NCBI GenBank assembly: GCA_965637545.1
Contig: OZ281495.1
Span: 2,666,001 to 2,730,000 of the forward strand
From: Phallusia mammillata
Taxonomy: Eukaryota
Direction of reading: 5' to 3'
DNA: 64,000 nt
The notes below the pieces were generated by a model. The model was not told the DNA's origin. It saw nothing but the letters and a program-made list of their open reading frames with translations, and did no database searches. The translations under genes were made by a program, and so were the position numbers. Shown piece by piece: positions 51,001-64,000 of the stretch (the stretch's first letter is position 1; each line of letters opens with the position of its first letter).

Positions 51001-51110
51001 TCGTTATCTGGATATGGAGCGACCTAAACTCGTCAAAGAAGTGTTTAAGACCCATAGTAAGAGTTTAAAGATGACTCCGAGATATTGGGGGAGAGAAGAG
51101 AAGAGCCCTA
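48070..51110 (-). mobile_element. Degenerate L1/Tx1-clade LINE with internal deletion
   Basis: ORF1 start 51055-50672 joined to a post-endonuclease region. RT motifs RPISLLNVDYKI, DIEKAFDTVDH, GVRQGCGLS, QYADD. CCHC finger CKFC..NIEHLLTKC. Multiple stops and frameshifts; (AAT)n tail near 48070-48084. Boundaries approximate. Confidence 0.85.
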
Positions 51111-54100
51111 TAAGGGCTACAACTTTTTACAAACTTTTGCCATGTTCAACCACGTGATGGCGCGTTGAGTTACCCCAAAATTTATTTGTAGACTTCGCGA
51201 CGTTGTACGACAGAACATACATAAAGACAGAAAATACTTAACCTACTGTAGCGTAAATCTACGATTGACGACTGCCATAAACGTTGGGCTTAGTATCAAC
51301 ACATGTGTCTCGTTGCACTCGAAAGTTCGAAACAATAATCCTGTTTATTATATTTTTACCTTTTTCACTTGATTCGGGAGTTGAGTAAATTTCGCTTGGT
51401 GAAAGAAAAAAACAAACATAGCAACACAATAATTGCACTAAACTAAAACAAACACCAATAAAGGTGCTCAGGGCGTTCATAAGGTCATGAACAATAAATA
51501 ACAAAAATGAAACAATGTACAAGACTACACCACCATAAACACAAAATGCTGTGTTCATTTGAAAAATAAAAAACAACACCAATTAAATTAAACAACTATG
51601 AGGGAATAAATAAGAACACTGCAAGCTTGTTGGTGAGAGTTGTTTATCTTAAACAAAACTGTACAAAAAGTGACAATCGTAAAACATAAAGACTTGTGTT
51701 ACAGCGCAGTGTCACACCCGAGTCAGCAAACGGTGCTAAAGTTAAACAATATAACGTGAACTAATGCGGCAATAGTACAATATAAACGCTGTATTATTTG
51801 TTTCGTGATGAAAATAATATCATTTGTGTATGTGAGCGTGCAAAACAGAATGCAAGTAAAAAACTTAATTGGATAATAGGTGCTCAAAACTTGTGCAAAC
51901 AAAACGCAGCGACGTTTGTGATAGAGTTTGCTTTCCTTAGTAACATATTGGTCCAAAAGCTTGGAATGACATCCCCGACCAACTAAGGCAATATGTTGCA
52001 TTGGTTGCTGATTGACACTAAAGCCATAATAAGGTTTAAAGGAGTTTAATTTAACACGTGTGGTAATTTTAGCACAGAAGAATGAAGCAGAAACATGACA
52101 TGCTTACAAGCATATTTAATTTTTTTTTGTGCGGAGGGGGGGGGGGGATGTAGTGCGGATATACAAGCATTCACATTCCTAAAAAAACAAAACAGTAAGA
52201 ATTGAAGTTTGTTAAATGTTTTCTTTCGGTGATTGCAAGCACAACATCACACATTATAACCTTGGTGCACCACCTAGCGGAAAAAATGTAAGGGTATGAA
52301 TATTTTAAAAATCAACAACGCAGGACTAAGAGGTGACGTAAATTGGTAAATATAAGAACGGTGCTTTAATACAAGGGTGGTTATCCCGCGATATACAACC
52401 CAGTAGAAAAGTAACTTCTGTATATCCAGAACAAAATCTCAACACTTCAAACATGTTCTTTGGACACTTCGAGTTCGCATCTTCTGCCAGTTTAAATTTT
52501 TTCCCATGTCACATATTCATCGATTTTGGACACGAGTTTCTGCCCGTAAAAATGGCCAGGTAATAAAAACCCCATAGTTCAAAGACCCTGTGGAAACGCT
52601 TAATTGAATTTATACATGATGTGCATGTTTACTTTATGGTCGAGGCAAACAAGTCATTGTTTACTGGCGGATCTAAAAAATAACAAACATCTGATGGAAG
52701 GCGATGCCGTCTCTGTGAAGATGGACACGCTGGATGAAGCAGTCGTGCCAAAATCACTCACAGCGTGAGACAGAATGTCAGCGACACTCAGTTGATTGTC
52801 GTGTTGACGAAAATTCCTTGTGGTCCAGGAGTCAGATTTGCACTGGAATAAACACTGGCCCCGGTTGTCGTTGCAAGGCGTCACTCGTCCAAGACGGGAC
52901 ATTTTGTGCCGCTTTATTCTAAAGATTCTAAAGAGAAAAATGTGTTTCGTGACGTCATATCGATGTACCATGATGCGATAGCCAATTTTCAAATCGTCGC
53001 GTGTTCTAACCGGGAACAACTTGCCGCTTGGTGGAGTAATGCGCAGTAAGTTGCCTAAATAAAGGAGTTTTTTATTTAGTGACGTCATTCCGAGAAACTT
53101 TTACAATGAAGATTATTTGTTTGTGACGTGAGATCTTACGACGGTTCAGGTTGGTCGTACGAGACAATATATTATCACAGGGGTGTCCAACAGGTGGCAT
53201 GCGACGTATTTGAAAATGCCACGCAAGTCAACGTTAGGTCTAATAATCGTCACAATTGCGACAATCGACAATGAATTCTGACCCAAATTTTGTTTTGTGA
53301 AGCATTAGTGTCAAGGGGTCATTAAACGTTTTGAGAGCGGGCCGTATAAATCTGGTAGTGGTGCGCGAGGGACAAATAGTTTTACAAATCTTACAGACCG
53401 CAAAAGTTTGTAGATATTCTGCCGTCTTATTAGAAGTCGGTTGGCGCGACTAGTAAATTGCAAAATTGTGTGGAATATATACGAGTCACTTCTACCGAGT
53501 AATGCTTCTTTATTCAGTTACAGGTAACAAATTACAAATGTTTCCGGACAACTATGATTCGTTATTTTTCTTTGCGTTGTAACAAATGGTGGTAATTCTG
53601 CGAAACTAGTTGAATGCAACCCTACATGTGGTTGCGGCAATACCTTTGCATGGAGGAAATTAAGTTTTAATATTTATGTCAATCTTTATTAGATACATTT
53701 AATCGGAAATGCTCGAAAGGGACCACTAAATACAATGAACGTTTGTACAGAATGGAACATAGAAATTGGCACAGCAGTTTGTACGAGTTCGATACCCCTA
53801 GGTGATCAGGTTTGAATAGTGGCGTAAAACCGACAAGTATTTTTGTTATTGTAAAATACACACCCTTACGTCCGACAATTACCACACGAATCTACCAATG
53901 TGACGTACCTTCATGAGTGGTGAATTCAGTGGCACGTCGGGGCGCGTTAACAAATCCGCCAGTGGGCGCTATTGATTTAAGATTTAGTCTCAGTAGGGAA
54001 TTTCCCGTTGGTTGTTCGCGAAATAAATTTGTCCTGGGCCCATTTATTAAGTGCCGTCCCACTTAAGTGATTTCTCATAGTTGGTAGTTGTATAGGAAGG

Positions 54101-55079
54101 TAGGGCTGTAGGGGAAATGAAATCACAATATAAGTTGTTAAGTAAACATTCCACTAAGTAAACGGTCACACATTAAGAATTGAAATTGCACAGCCTTAAG
54201 TTAAAATAGACAAAAACAATTCAATTAAACTTAGAGCGAATCCCTTCACAGACTAATATGAATTAAATGTATTAAATAAACAAGAGGTGTACAAAATAGG
54301 TAATTGCTAAATAAAAAAATACACAATACTACATCTATAAAAAAAATAAGACAGTATATGCAGATTTGGCATTGGAAATGTTATGTAAATATTGCTTGTA
54401 ATTTATACTTTTGCACAAGTCGAAGTAAAAAAATTAAATGCAAACCTGCCATGATGACTTTTAGTGTCCGAATCAATCTTGCAAATCAGTGATTATTATC
54501 GCAACAGCATGTCCACTCTGGTCATCAGCAGTCAAACCTTTTTGAGAAGTTAGCAGTCCAGCTCTCTAGTCTGACACTGAAATTCAAAAGTTTTAAATAA
54601 TTTTACAAATTAACAAAAGTATCAATGCAAAACAACAAAAACATTAACCTACTTCTGTCAACAGTAAAGATTTCATCCATAAATTTGTATCCAAAATGGT
54701 CATTTGGAATCTTGTTCTCTTCCAATAATAATTCATTTCACCAATCCATGCATTTTCTGCTCTTTAGTGAATGGGTCATTGTCATATAATCAATGATCTG
54801 TACTGTTACATCACTGAGTGGTAATGTAGTTGGTCCTATATAAGAGAAGAAATATTATATAGAGTAGACATACTTATATTCAAGCTGCAATGTTCCAAAA
54901 TTAAATGCAGAAAGCCCCAAAAAAGTTAAACAAATGAAAAAGTGTCATTTAGAAAGGATATGTTTAGCACAAGATACAAAATAATATCTATTATCAGCAT
55001 AATATAACTGTTGAAGAACAAACCTCAGCCAAAAGTCTCTTCTTAAAACAGGAATTTAGAAAAAATAGATCCCAATTTA

Positions 55080-55660
55080 TTTGTATCTTGAATAGACACC
55101 ACTAGACACCACTACGCTATCGCACACAGCGACATATTTGAAGAACATTTAGACATCGCTCAATGTTTTTTTGTGCAGTTCGTACAAAAACCACCGGTTC
55201 ATTTATTGGACATTTACGAGGACAAATGGCTAAACAAAAGTGGTGCAAGCATAAACATCCAAAAAATGGTTCTTCCTAGAGTAAAATAACGTCCTTCGCC
55301 TTCCCCTCCAGTTTGTTTGTGTTTATATCGCCTTATCTCGTCAACCAGCGTGTTTTCTCTGCCTGTGGATTTTTATCGGACGATAATATACAAGTTGCCT
55401 TGTTTCCTCCCTCCGGCCGCGCACCTGTAATGTATTTTTTCTTTTTCTTGTCTGTTCGCTTGTTTGATGCGGTAGTGGTTCACTCGGTGCGTTGGTTGCC
55501 GCTGCAGCTTGAGTAACGTTTTTTAACGTTTTTTACACTTTTATTAGTAGGCCTTTTATGCATACTGTTTTCATTAATTTTTTATGAATCTTTCTGCTTG
55601 TTCGTAGATACTGACGATGCTGTAATAGCGAAATATATATATCTTTAAAACCAAAGGGTG
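55080..55660 (+). mobile_element. 3'-end relic of a second, divergent Penelope-like element
   Basis: Translates ...FVQKPPVHLLDIYEDKWLNKSGASINIQKMVLPRVK*, homologous to the 35100-35206 C-terminus, followed by a 3' UTR with a hammerhead. Confidence 0.8.
55606..55644 (+). ncRNA. Minimal type I hammerhead ribozyme (second PLE)
   Basis: AGAUA CUGACGA U GCU GUAAU AGC GAAA UAUAU A UAUCU. Stem I 5 bp, stem II GCU/AGC, palindromic helix III AUAUAU, cleavage after A55639 (AUA). Covaries with the 35461 copy. Confidence 0.78.
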
Positions 55661-56599
55661 AACGACTAAGTGATTTGTCGGAACTTACATCTATTGCTAT
55701 AAGGATTTTTAGTCTTCACCCACCAAGCAACGGACTGGGTGATTCGAGCTTTAAGTTTCAATTACGAGTATCACAAGTTATACCCCGAGCATTTCTGATT
55801 GCGTTTTAATTATTTTGTAGTTCTGCAAAAATAGTTTTATTTATTTTACTATTTTGCAACTTTTCAGTGCATCGTGAAAACATCCCATGAGGGAACGGGT
55901 AAAGTCACAAAGTTGGACTAAAGATTGTAGTGTCGGATTTTGTATTTTTTGCATTGCTTGGTGCTTTCGTTTGATTTGTTTATTAGTTTTACATACACAA
56001 TAGACTTCCCTTTCCAAAAATTAACATCAACCAAGCAGAAGGGTTGGTATTTTTACTGGGACGAGAAAAGCCAGAAGTTGGATATCCCAGAAAAAGTTCG
56101 AAGTATTTGTAGTGAACCCAGTGAATCTAATCTCATGACCTTTGCTCACATCAGATACCGCTTGTACGAAATATACCGAGTATACGCCCCAAATTGCACA
56201 AGCACCAGTCCAGCGTATCGGAAAAGCTATCATCCCAATTCGCACAAAACACACAAAAAATTGCAAAAAACACCTTTGTTTCCTTCCACAATTGGTTGAT
56301 TTTTGCAGCTGTGTGAAGTGTTTTTCGAGCCAAATTACCTATGATATCTTATACTTTGTTTTCCTTGCTGACGTACGTGCAAACAAAATACAATACAACC
56401 CACAAAATATCGACAACGTTTAGTTTTTTTACTCATTGGTATGTTGCTTGGCAACAAAATGTAGTTGTAGCTTACAAATTACAATCACAAAGATTAGCAA
56501 TATGCAAAAAAGTAATAACCTGTAGAACGCGTTTCCGCAGAACGATTAATTAAGGTTTGGGTATAAAAATCACCGATCTACAATTGTTGAGTTGTGTTT

Positions 56600-59140
56600 G
56601 CAGCAGTCAGCACCACAGAATCACTTAGATTCATACAAACAAATGCGCCATGTGAATAATTGCGTTTCGATCGTTGTGATGATAGTTTAGCCCGAATGTT
56701 GGTTACCTGTCACGCCTCAGTGACGTTCTACCCCAACCCACCAGCTTTATTGTTACAAAGTGGCGTGGCAAGACTCGACTGAAAGCTTTTTTATGCCTCC
56801 ACATCTATTTTTAACCTTTAGTTTTGAACAAAAATGCCGATAGCTTTTGTTTACGATTTACACGTTGCTAACACTGCAAATATGAGAAACGTTGCTTTGC
56901 ATGCTTGGGATACGTTACGAAAAAGAGTCTGATAAACGAACGTGGCAAGGTTGGTAACACGCTCAAAAAAGAAATACATAAGATGTTTGTTTAAAAGCGT
57001 TTTTAAAATTTTGAAACAACTCATGATTTTTTTACTAATGAACGTTGTATTTTCACAGCAGCACAGCATAGTGTTGTCATAATGGTGTTTTACAACTCAC
57101 CCATAACATATTCGAAATTTAAGTCGTTTAGTTTAAGACACAAGGCCAAGTTTCAACGCAACCACAATCGTCTTCAGCCCTTCCCTTGTGCGGTCTGGTG
57201 ACAACTAATAACGCGGCGGTCACGTCGAGTTTCGATCGTTGTGAGACGACCCTACATTGGTTACCCGTCACCCCTCAGTGACGTTCTACCCCAACCCATC
57301 AGCTTTATTGTAGCAAAGGCACGTGACGAGACTTGACTATAAGCTGATTTATGCCTCCGCGCCTAACTTTAGCCTTTAGTTCAATATCATTTAAATCTGC
57401 CGGTAGACTTTTGTTTTCGACTTACACGTTGCCCAAAAATTTTAGAAACGTGGCTTTGTATGCTTGAGATACCTTACGTGGCAAAGCTTGATAAACGAAT
57501 GTGGCAAAGTTAAGTAATGCTGCTGTTCTCACTATGGATTATGCTTAGCAGATATAAATATCATTCTTAAGGCGTTTGGTATTTAAACTATTTCGTTATG
57601 TGTTTGCCAATAGTTACCACACAAACCCAGCTGACCAGTTTGGACTTTAGTGCAGGGGTAGGCAACCTTTTAGGCGACGCGTGCCAATTACTTGTTGCTT
57701 CTGTGTGTTAATGACCCCGCGTGCCAGCGTTTCTCTAAATAATAGTTGATCGTGCCAGCAGATATCAATAATAAGAAAAAAGCAGTGTTTTGTGCATGTA
57801 AATCTGAATAAAAACTATAAACAAGCAGTGTAACAGGTTAAATTGTTCCTTCAATATAAACACGCAAATCGGTTGGCGTGCCATGAAAAACCACCTCGTG
57901 CCAGAGGTTGCCGACCCATGCTTTAGTGTATTATTAACGCATCCAAGATTAATTAAACGTGTTCTCCTGTTTATTGGTGTGGTGACGTCTATAAATAATA
58001 TTGGTATCTTTTATAACCAATGTATGTTGGATATTGCAACGCTTATACTTATTATTGAGTAACTTCCTTAGCCCAACACAGCCATGAAGTTTAACTAACC
58101 ACACTTTCTAGGTTTAAGTTGTTCGGTTTGACTCAAGGCCAAGTTTCAACGCAACAACAATTGTTCTTGTATTTGTCGTTTTTTTCACCGGCAAAAACTT
58201 TTTACCATCAGCCCCTACCCTTGTACGGTCTGGTGACAACTAAGAACGTGGCAGTCACGGCGAGTACGTGAAAAAACACCGTTCCTCTATTCAGCTGCTG
58301 TAAATAAGTCGCATTCATTCATACGAGTCGTGTTGTCGGTCCAACCTTTATTTAGGCGACTGCTCTTACGAAGTAGAAATAGAGCAGGTCTGAATTTGTA
58401 GTGTTTTGCGCATTAGATTTTGTTATGTACAAAACGTATATTACGAAAGGAGTCAGTGACGAGCGGCAATACTTTTAAAAAAGCTATAGTCCTCTCACTA
58501 GTTTGAGGTTTTAAGTCTTTTGTCTGGGCCAACCAACAGAATCACATAGATTGATACAAACAGCGCCATGTGAATAATCGAGTTTCAATCGTTGTGAGAC
58601 GATACCTGAGACCCAAAGTTGGTTACCCGTTACGCCTTAGTGGCGTTCTACCCCAACCCACCAGCCTTATTGTTGGCGAGACTCGACTAAAGCTCTGTTT
58701 GCCTCCACATCTATTTTTAACCTTGGTTCAGTACCAATTAAATTTGCCGTTAATAGTTTTTGACTTATACGTTGAATTACAATATGGAAAACGCCGCACA
58801 TCCTATATGTTTGGCAACATTTAAAACACGAACTCAAACAACAATTTTGAAATTTATTCGATTTTTAAACAACTAAGATTGATAAAAACGAGTTACTCTG
58901 TTTGTTGGTGCGGGAGGACCTCAATAAAATGTATATGTATTGCCTGTTGTCCCACATTTGAGTAGAAGCTGTCGAAACAATGGTATTTCCACAGAAATAA
59001 AAAAAAACAATAAAACAAGAAACAAAACCGTTTATACGCAAACACAATCGATGTTTTCAAAGAGGCGCTTTTTTGCTTTAAACCTCAGGCCCTACCCTTA
59101 ATGGTCTGGTGACAACTAATAACCGGCGGTCTCGGTACGT
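56600..59140 (+). repeat. Locally triplicated modules upstream of U4
   Basis: Module AGTG(A/G)CGTTCTACCCCAACCCA at ~56719, ~57276, ~58639. Module GGTCTGGTGACAACTAA at ~57192, ~58227, ~59103. Single diverged counterparts upstream of U3 (~36058, ~37113). Confidence 0.75.
57653..57920. mobile_element. hAT/Charlie-type MITE, 268 bp
   Basis: TIR CAGGGGTAGGCAACCT vs CATGGGTCGGCAACCT (14/16). TSD CTTTAGTG at 57645-57652 and 57921-57928. Confidence 0.88.
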
Positions 59141-59752
59141 AAGTGTAAAGCACCTTTTATCTTTTCCGAGTGCAGTCAATAAATCACATGATTTATATGA
59201 GTTGTATTGGTTTAAACAGTCACATGTAGTTGCGATCTAGTTTGATTAAATGAAAGCCGTGAAATAGAAAAGAAAGCGTTTTGGTCATCAGAGTTTGCTT
59301 GCTATTCAAAAAAATTGTCACTTGAGAAACGTGTATTGCGAAGGATTGGAGTCGGAGATGCAGAAACTTGTTTCAGTCAGTGACAAGATAAATGTGTGGC
59401 TGTCAGCAGGGGTCAAGAGTCAAAAAGTAATAAAACAAATTTGCTGGTGCGATACATTGTTTGGTCCCCGTTGGAACCTATATGTAGCCAAAAAAATGTA
59501 TCGAAAGTTGGAGATCTTACACGTATATTCGACAAGGGTAATATTTCATAGCAACAATAGAATATTGATGCTTATTTGCTAAAGAATCTTTAAGTATGAT
59601 ATTTATTGGCACTGGTGTTGCGACTGCAGACCTAACTTGTAGGGCGAGGTTATCAACAAACACATAAAAAACATCAATTTGTTTTTATGCAGCAAGAGCT
59701 TCTGCAGTTAGATTCATTCTTTGCTAAAATATTTTTTAAAACTGCCTGAAAC

Positions 59753-62700
59753 ATGACTTCGCCGAAAGAGGTAAGCAACTTCTACAAATTTTTTTCTTTT
59801 GTTTGTTTGTTCATTACACTAAACAGGTTTTATTTGTCCACCGTATGAAAAAGTATAGTTTCAAATTAGACTACCGGGATTCAAATAAATTTGTTTTAAA
59901 TTTTTCTTTTAATCCTAAAGTATTTTCGTTCCTTCCTATTTTGGGAGGATCTACTAACACAGAAACTCACACCACAAAAAGTTTCTTAAATACCGATCGA
60001 TGGTGAAAAGAGCGCAGTTATTCAAATTACAATTGCGTCTGGGGTAGGGTTAAATGAATGAATTTAACATAAACTGGGTTTTTGGGCTGATTTCAGTGTT
60101 ATTGTGAAACCTCAGACCAACCCCCATAGCCCTAACCGTCAGCATTTTTTTTACAAAGTGCATTTAAGATTTTTGAGTGCGCTCTCTGCCGGAATTATTT
60201 TTGAGTGCGCACTTTACTGGAAATTAGTAGGCCTGTGATGTAAGGTCCTGTGTTAGTAGCTCTAAGGCCCTTTTGTGCTTTCTAGTGACTGATAATGTTT
60301 AGCTAAGAGTTAAGTTTAGGAGGACTTACTGACATAATCCGCTTTCTTTTTCTATATAAACCATTTTAACACTCTGAAACTAGTCGATAACTATGTTTTA
60401 CTCAACTCGCTCTGACTTGTCTGATAAACCTAAATTTGTAGCAGAGAATTTGTTTCAAAAACAAATCTTGCAATGTAAAAAACTGGGTTTTAAATTACTC
60501 AGCAATTACTAAAGCCCAACGGGATTTGAATCAAAAACTTTTCGTTTGCAAACCGGTTGAACAAAGTTTTGAATAACATTGGTTAAGTTAGTTGTATGGC
60601 TTGGTTGGACCTCAATGAAATATACGTTGGACATCAGGGGTAAAAACATAATCTTTCTGTGTCACAGTTACGGGAATTGGATTGTGGTGACATCACATGT
60701 AACCTTGACAAATTCGTGGCCGGTTCAGGAGGCTTCGGGGATGTTATATTCGGATACCACAATGGGTTAAAGCAAGAAGTTGCCATCAAAGTGTTTGAAG
60801 TATCTGGTGGAACCCAAGAAAAGGCGCGGCTTGAAAAAACGTAAGTTATACGATTTGTTATATAGAGCGGTGCAAATCTATCGCAAATATGGAAGAAACG
60901 TACTATTTAAGATTAATTTTGTGTTGATGACTTCACAACAATTTGTAAAATATGATAATGAGGTAACAAATCGAAATTAAATTTTAAAAAATGGCAATTT
61001 TGAAAACATTTGCTAATTTTATATATTGTGCTGGTGTATCTGGTATATGTGTGGACTTACAAAACTAGTTATACCTCAAAAGCTTCGTCCAGCGGCATTA
61101 ATTCCATGGACTACACGATAATGACAAACTACTGCGCAATCTTAGATGAATTAACCAGCAAAGCGCGCCAGCCATCGTGACTACTAATCTTGGTTGGCCT
61201 GCTTGATTTCCTGATGTGTGGTGCGAGATGCGACATTTTTAATCATTGCTAAAAACCGAAGATTAAAAAGCGAGGAATGCGGGTTGTGTGACGTTTGATA
61301 AATTGTTTTCAATCATTTTGTTGAGGGGACATACCACCTCACCTGTCCTACCGAGATCTTTGCTTTGCGTTATTACATGCACAAAACGTAACATGCAGCT
61401 GAAAAAAAAACTCTCTTTTTAGAATCAAAGAAGAAATGGAACACTTGCAGAAAGCAGATCATGAAAATGTCGTTCGGGTTTTTGGCTATGTCAAATGGAC
61501 TTTCGCAATAGGAATTGTGATGGCATATTACAAAGGCGGGAATCTCAAAGAGCTACTACAGGATACATCAAAAGAACTGGGCCTTGCTTTGCGTGTTCGT
61601 ATTTTATACGAAGTAGCATCAGCAATGGCTTTCTGTCACAATTTACCTGATAAACGTTTAATTCATCAGGACTTAAAACCCGAAAATGTTATGTTTTCTA
61701 AAGAGCTCCATTGCAAAATAATCGATTTTGGCGGGGCCGAACTGGCAACTTACAGTATTTCGGCAAATGTGAATCCTTTGGCACGAACCAAGAAAGAAAG
61801 GCCTCAATTCACTCCCTATTACACAGCTCCTGAAAAACTGAAGGACCTCAGCATGAAGCCTAGGAAGCAACATGATGTTTACGCATTTTCAATGATCATC
61901 CACTGGGCACTAAATCGTAAAGCTCCGTATCCACGTCTGACTCAGGAAGAGCGAAGAGAGTTATTAGAGGAAATCAAGAAAGGAAAAAGACCAGACTGCC
62001 AGGAAATACAGGATTGGATACAAACTTTGGTCGGTGAAGACAAAGAAATCGCAGAGCAACTCCAACTACTGATGAAGCGATGCTGGGATCAAGATCCAAC
62101 AAAACGTCCTACAATGACTGAAATAAAAGAAGAATTGAAAACGCGTTTGGATAAGCAACAAACTACCAAGCTACTTTCTCAAGTTTTGACAACTCTGACT
62201 CAAATGGATTTAGACGAGCAACCGCAAGTCAGCGAAAGTCGACGCGTCCCTCTTCACCATTTTTCACCCCGGTCCGGAAGTTTTCACGGTAAATTAATCG
62301 GTCAATACATATAAATTTATTATAATAAGAAGTAACCCCGAGTAGAAGCAGATTTCCTTGCCCGAGACGCTTTGGAACTGGTAGTCAAAACAATTAAGTT
62401 GAGAGATAATGTGACAATGTGATCTGTTATATTTCTTGGCGGTTCAGAAGTTACACAGTAACATAAAAAAATCTAAAGGTATTAAGTCGTTTTGTCATAT
62501 CACCCATCTATATTTCAGTGCCCTTCACATCGGGTGGAACCGAAGGACGGTTAAGCGAAACAGCGGAGGGCGTACAAGAGTTGCCTTCTTCTCAGCAAGG
62601 TAAAAAATCCTCCCAGAGTAAAAAAAAAATAGTAGGATTTAACAATGTCAATTGTTTTTTCGTATAAAACCTTCAGCATCCCCGTACTAGAACTAGGGTG

Positions 62701-64000
62701 AGATGCTCAGTTTATGAAGCCACCTGACTACTCGCGAGGCCGCACTAACAATTTTGTGTAATGTAATCCCAAGGTTTGGTTCTTACAACGGCAAAACTAT
62801 ACAGAGCGCACTTTTAGAGCTAAATGTCCGCAGGTCTTCCATTTCCGATCTGATCAATCAAAACTATTTTTCATTGATTAAACTTTGTTTTATTTGTCGT
62901 AACATTGCTGTTTGTTCGATCGTTTTTTAAAACTTTTGAGATTTAAAAAAGGTCAATATAAAGCCGTAACAGCCCTCTGCCAGTTTGTTGTAAAGTCAAT
63001 ATTCGTCTTTTGGCAACCGAACGTCAAACAATTTCACTCGGTGCACAGACGATGTTTCAAATAAATCTTGGTTTTATTTCTCTCGGAAAGCAAGGCAAAT
63101 GTCTTCACTAAATAAAGATATCTATAAGCAATCAACTTTCAGGCCCCTCTACAACAAGTGCGGCCATAAAAAAGACAATTAAACCGATATATGAAGCACA
63201 AGTGGTACGGTCACCATCTTCTTCTCAACAAGGGGAAACTCCTACATCCAGGAAACCGCAGCAACTAGGTATGGGGTGGACAAAACGATAATGGAAATTC
63301 CGATAATTTAGAAAATCATTATAAATTTACCAGTTTTTGTTTTACCTACTTTAAGTCGCGGAACACTTGGCGCATATTAAAATCAATGTCACACTCAACC
63401 AATTGATAACGGACCCACGCAATTATATTTTTAATATTTCACGACGAATCTGTTTGTTACACAAAAATAAATGATGTAAATCACGAAGAAACATTCAAAC
63501 TGGTGATAGCGGAGAATTACTTTTATGAAAGAAAAGCTATTTCTGCCATTTGTGTTAAACTTTGAAAATCACTGCCTTAAACGACAGCAAACATGCGTTG
63601 CCAGTATGGTGGAAAGTCAATATTGGTTTAGCGGCAACTCGTATAACTTTACGAGGAAATAGGTCCGAAAATAAGTTATATATTTATTAAAATATGTATA
63701 GGCGAAAACAAAAATCATTGTAGGTAACACAATAGCACCAATACTTAACCAACAATGATTTATTGTCATTAGCATCAGCCGGCACCTCACAGAAAAACAA
63801 ACAATTGCCTTCTTATGAACAAGAAGAAACTCCAACTAGCAGCAATGCACAGCAATCGGGTATGAGATACGTTGGCTCGTAGGAACTTCTAGTTATTGAT
63901 AAACGTATTGTTACCAAGAATACTTATAGGCAGTGAGAAAAAAAACACATTTCACCCATTTGTTTGTTCAGACGCCATTAGAAACGATGACGAAAAATTC
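59753..64000 (+). CDS. U4: RIPK-like kinase + linker, 3' end (TPR expected) beyond the window
   Basis: Exons 59753-59770 (MTSPKE), 60668-60840, 61423-62288, 62519-62599, 63143-63268, 63773-63859, 63972->end (DAIRNDDEKF..). GT-AG, phases compatible. Motifs GSGGFGDV, VAIK, IHQDLKPENV, IDFG. Confidence 0.8.
59947..60263. mobile_element. Diverged MITE related to the 8924-9217 family, in U4 intron 1
   Basis: Inverted CTACTAACACAG / CTGTGTTAGTAG ends and the shared internal motif ATAGCCCTAACCGT(C/T)AGCATTTTTT. No clean TSD. Confidence 0.5.

Larger units (their letters stand above)
46279..56280 (+). repeat. Intergenic block B (U3-U4 spacer), paralog of block A
   Basis: See block A. Lacks the 3241-9254 and 9613-10410 inserts and carries the L1/Tx1 element instead. 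Confidence 0.85.

Noticed and set aside
53178-53421. CAGGGGTGTCCAAC-started Charlie-like MITE
   Set aside because: Right TIR too degenerate and no TSD.

Overview
AT-rich, intron-containing animal DNA; ascidian/tunicate-like is my inference from composition, short introns and TE spectrum, and is not proven. The window is a tandem array of five paralogous units (U0-U4, + strand) that the ORF track breaks into unrelated-looking pieces. Splice-site reading joins them into one gene type: an 18-nt ATG exon, a 173-nt kinase N-lobe exon and a ~866-nt kinase exon (RIPK-like, non-RD 'HQD'), then a variable number of short phase-1/phase-1 S/T/P/Q-rich linker exons, then a ~760-nt terminal TPR-domain exon. 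U1 (20851-26458, 810 aa) and U3 (38215-46278, ~673 aa) are complete. U0 and U4 are cut by the window edges. U2 has lost almost all of its kinase but keeps open linker and TPR exons. TPR helices carry hypervariable codons, while a kinase C-lobe tract is nearly identical between copies. The spacers are duplicated blocks full of transposons. These include an intact Ingi/Vingi-like LINE whose 5' end folds as an HDV-like ribozyme, nested in a 6-kb TIR element, and two Penelope-like relics each ending in a minimal hammerhead ribozyme. There are also a deleted L1/Tx1 element, a BEL/Pao fragment and several MITEs with exact TSDs. All alignments and folds were done by eye; no database searches were run.
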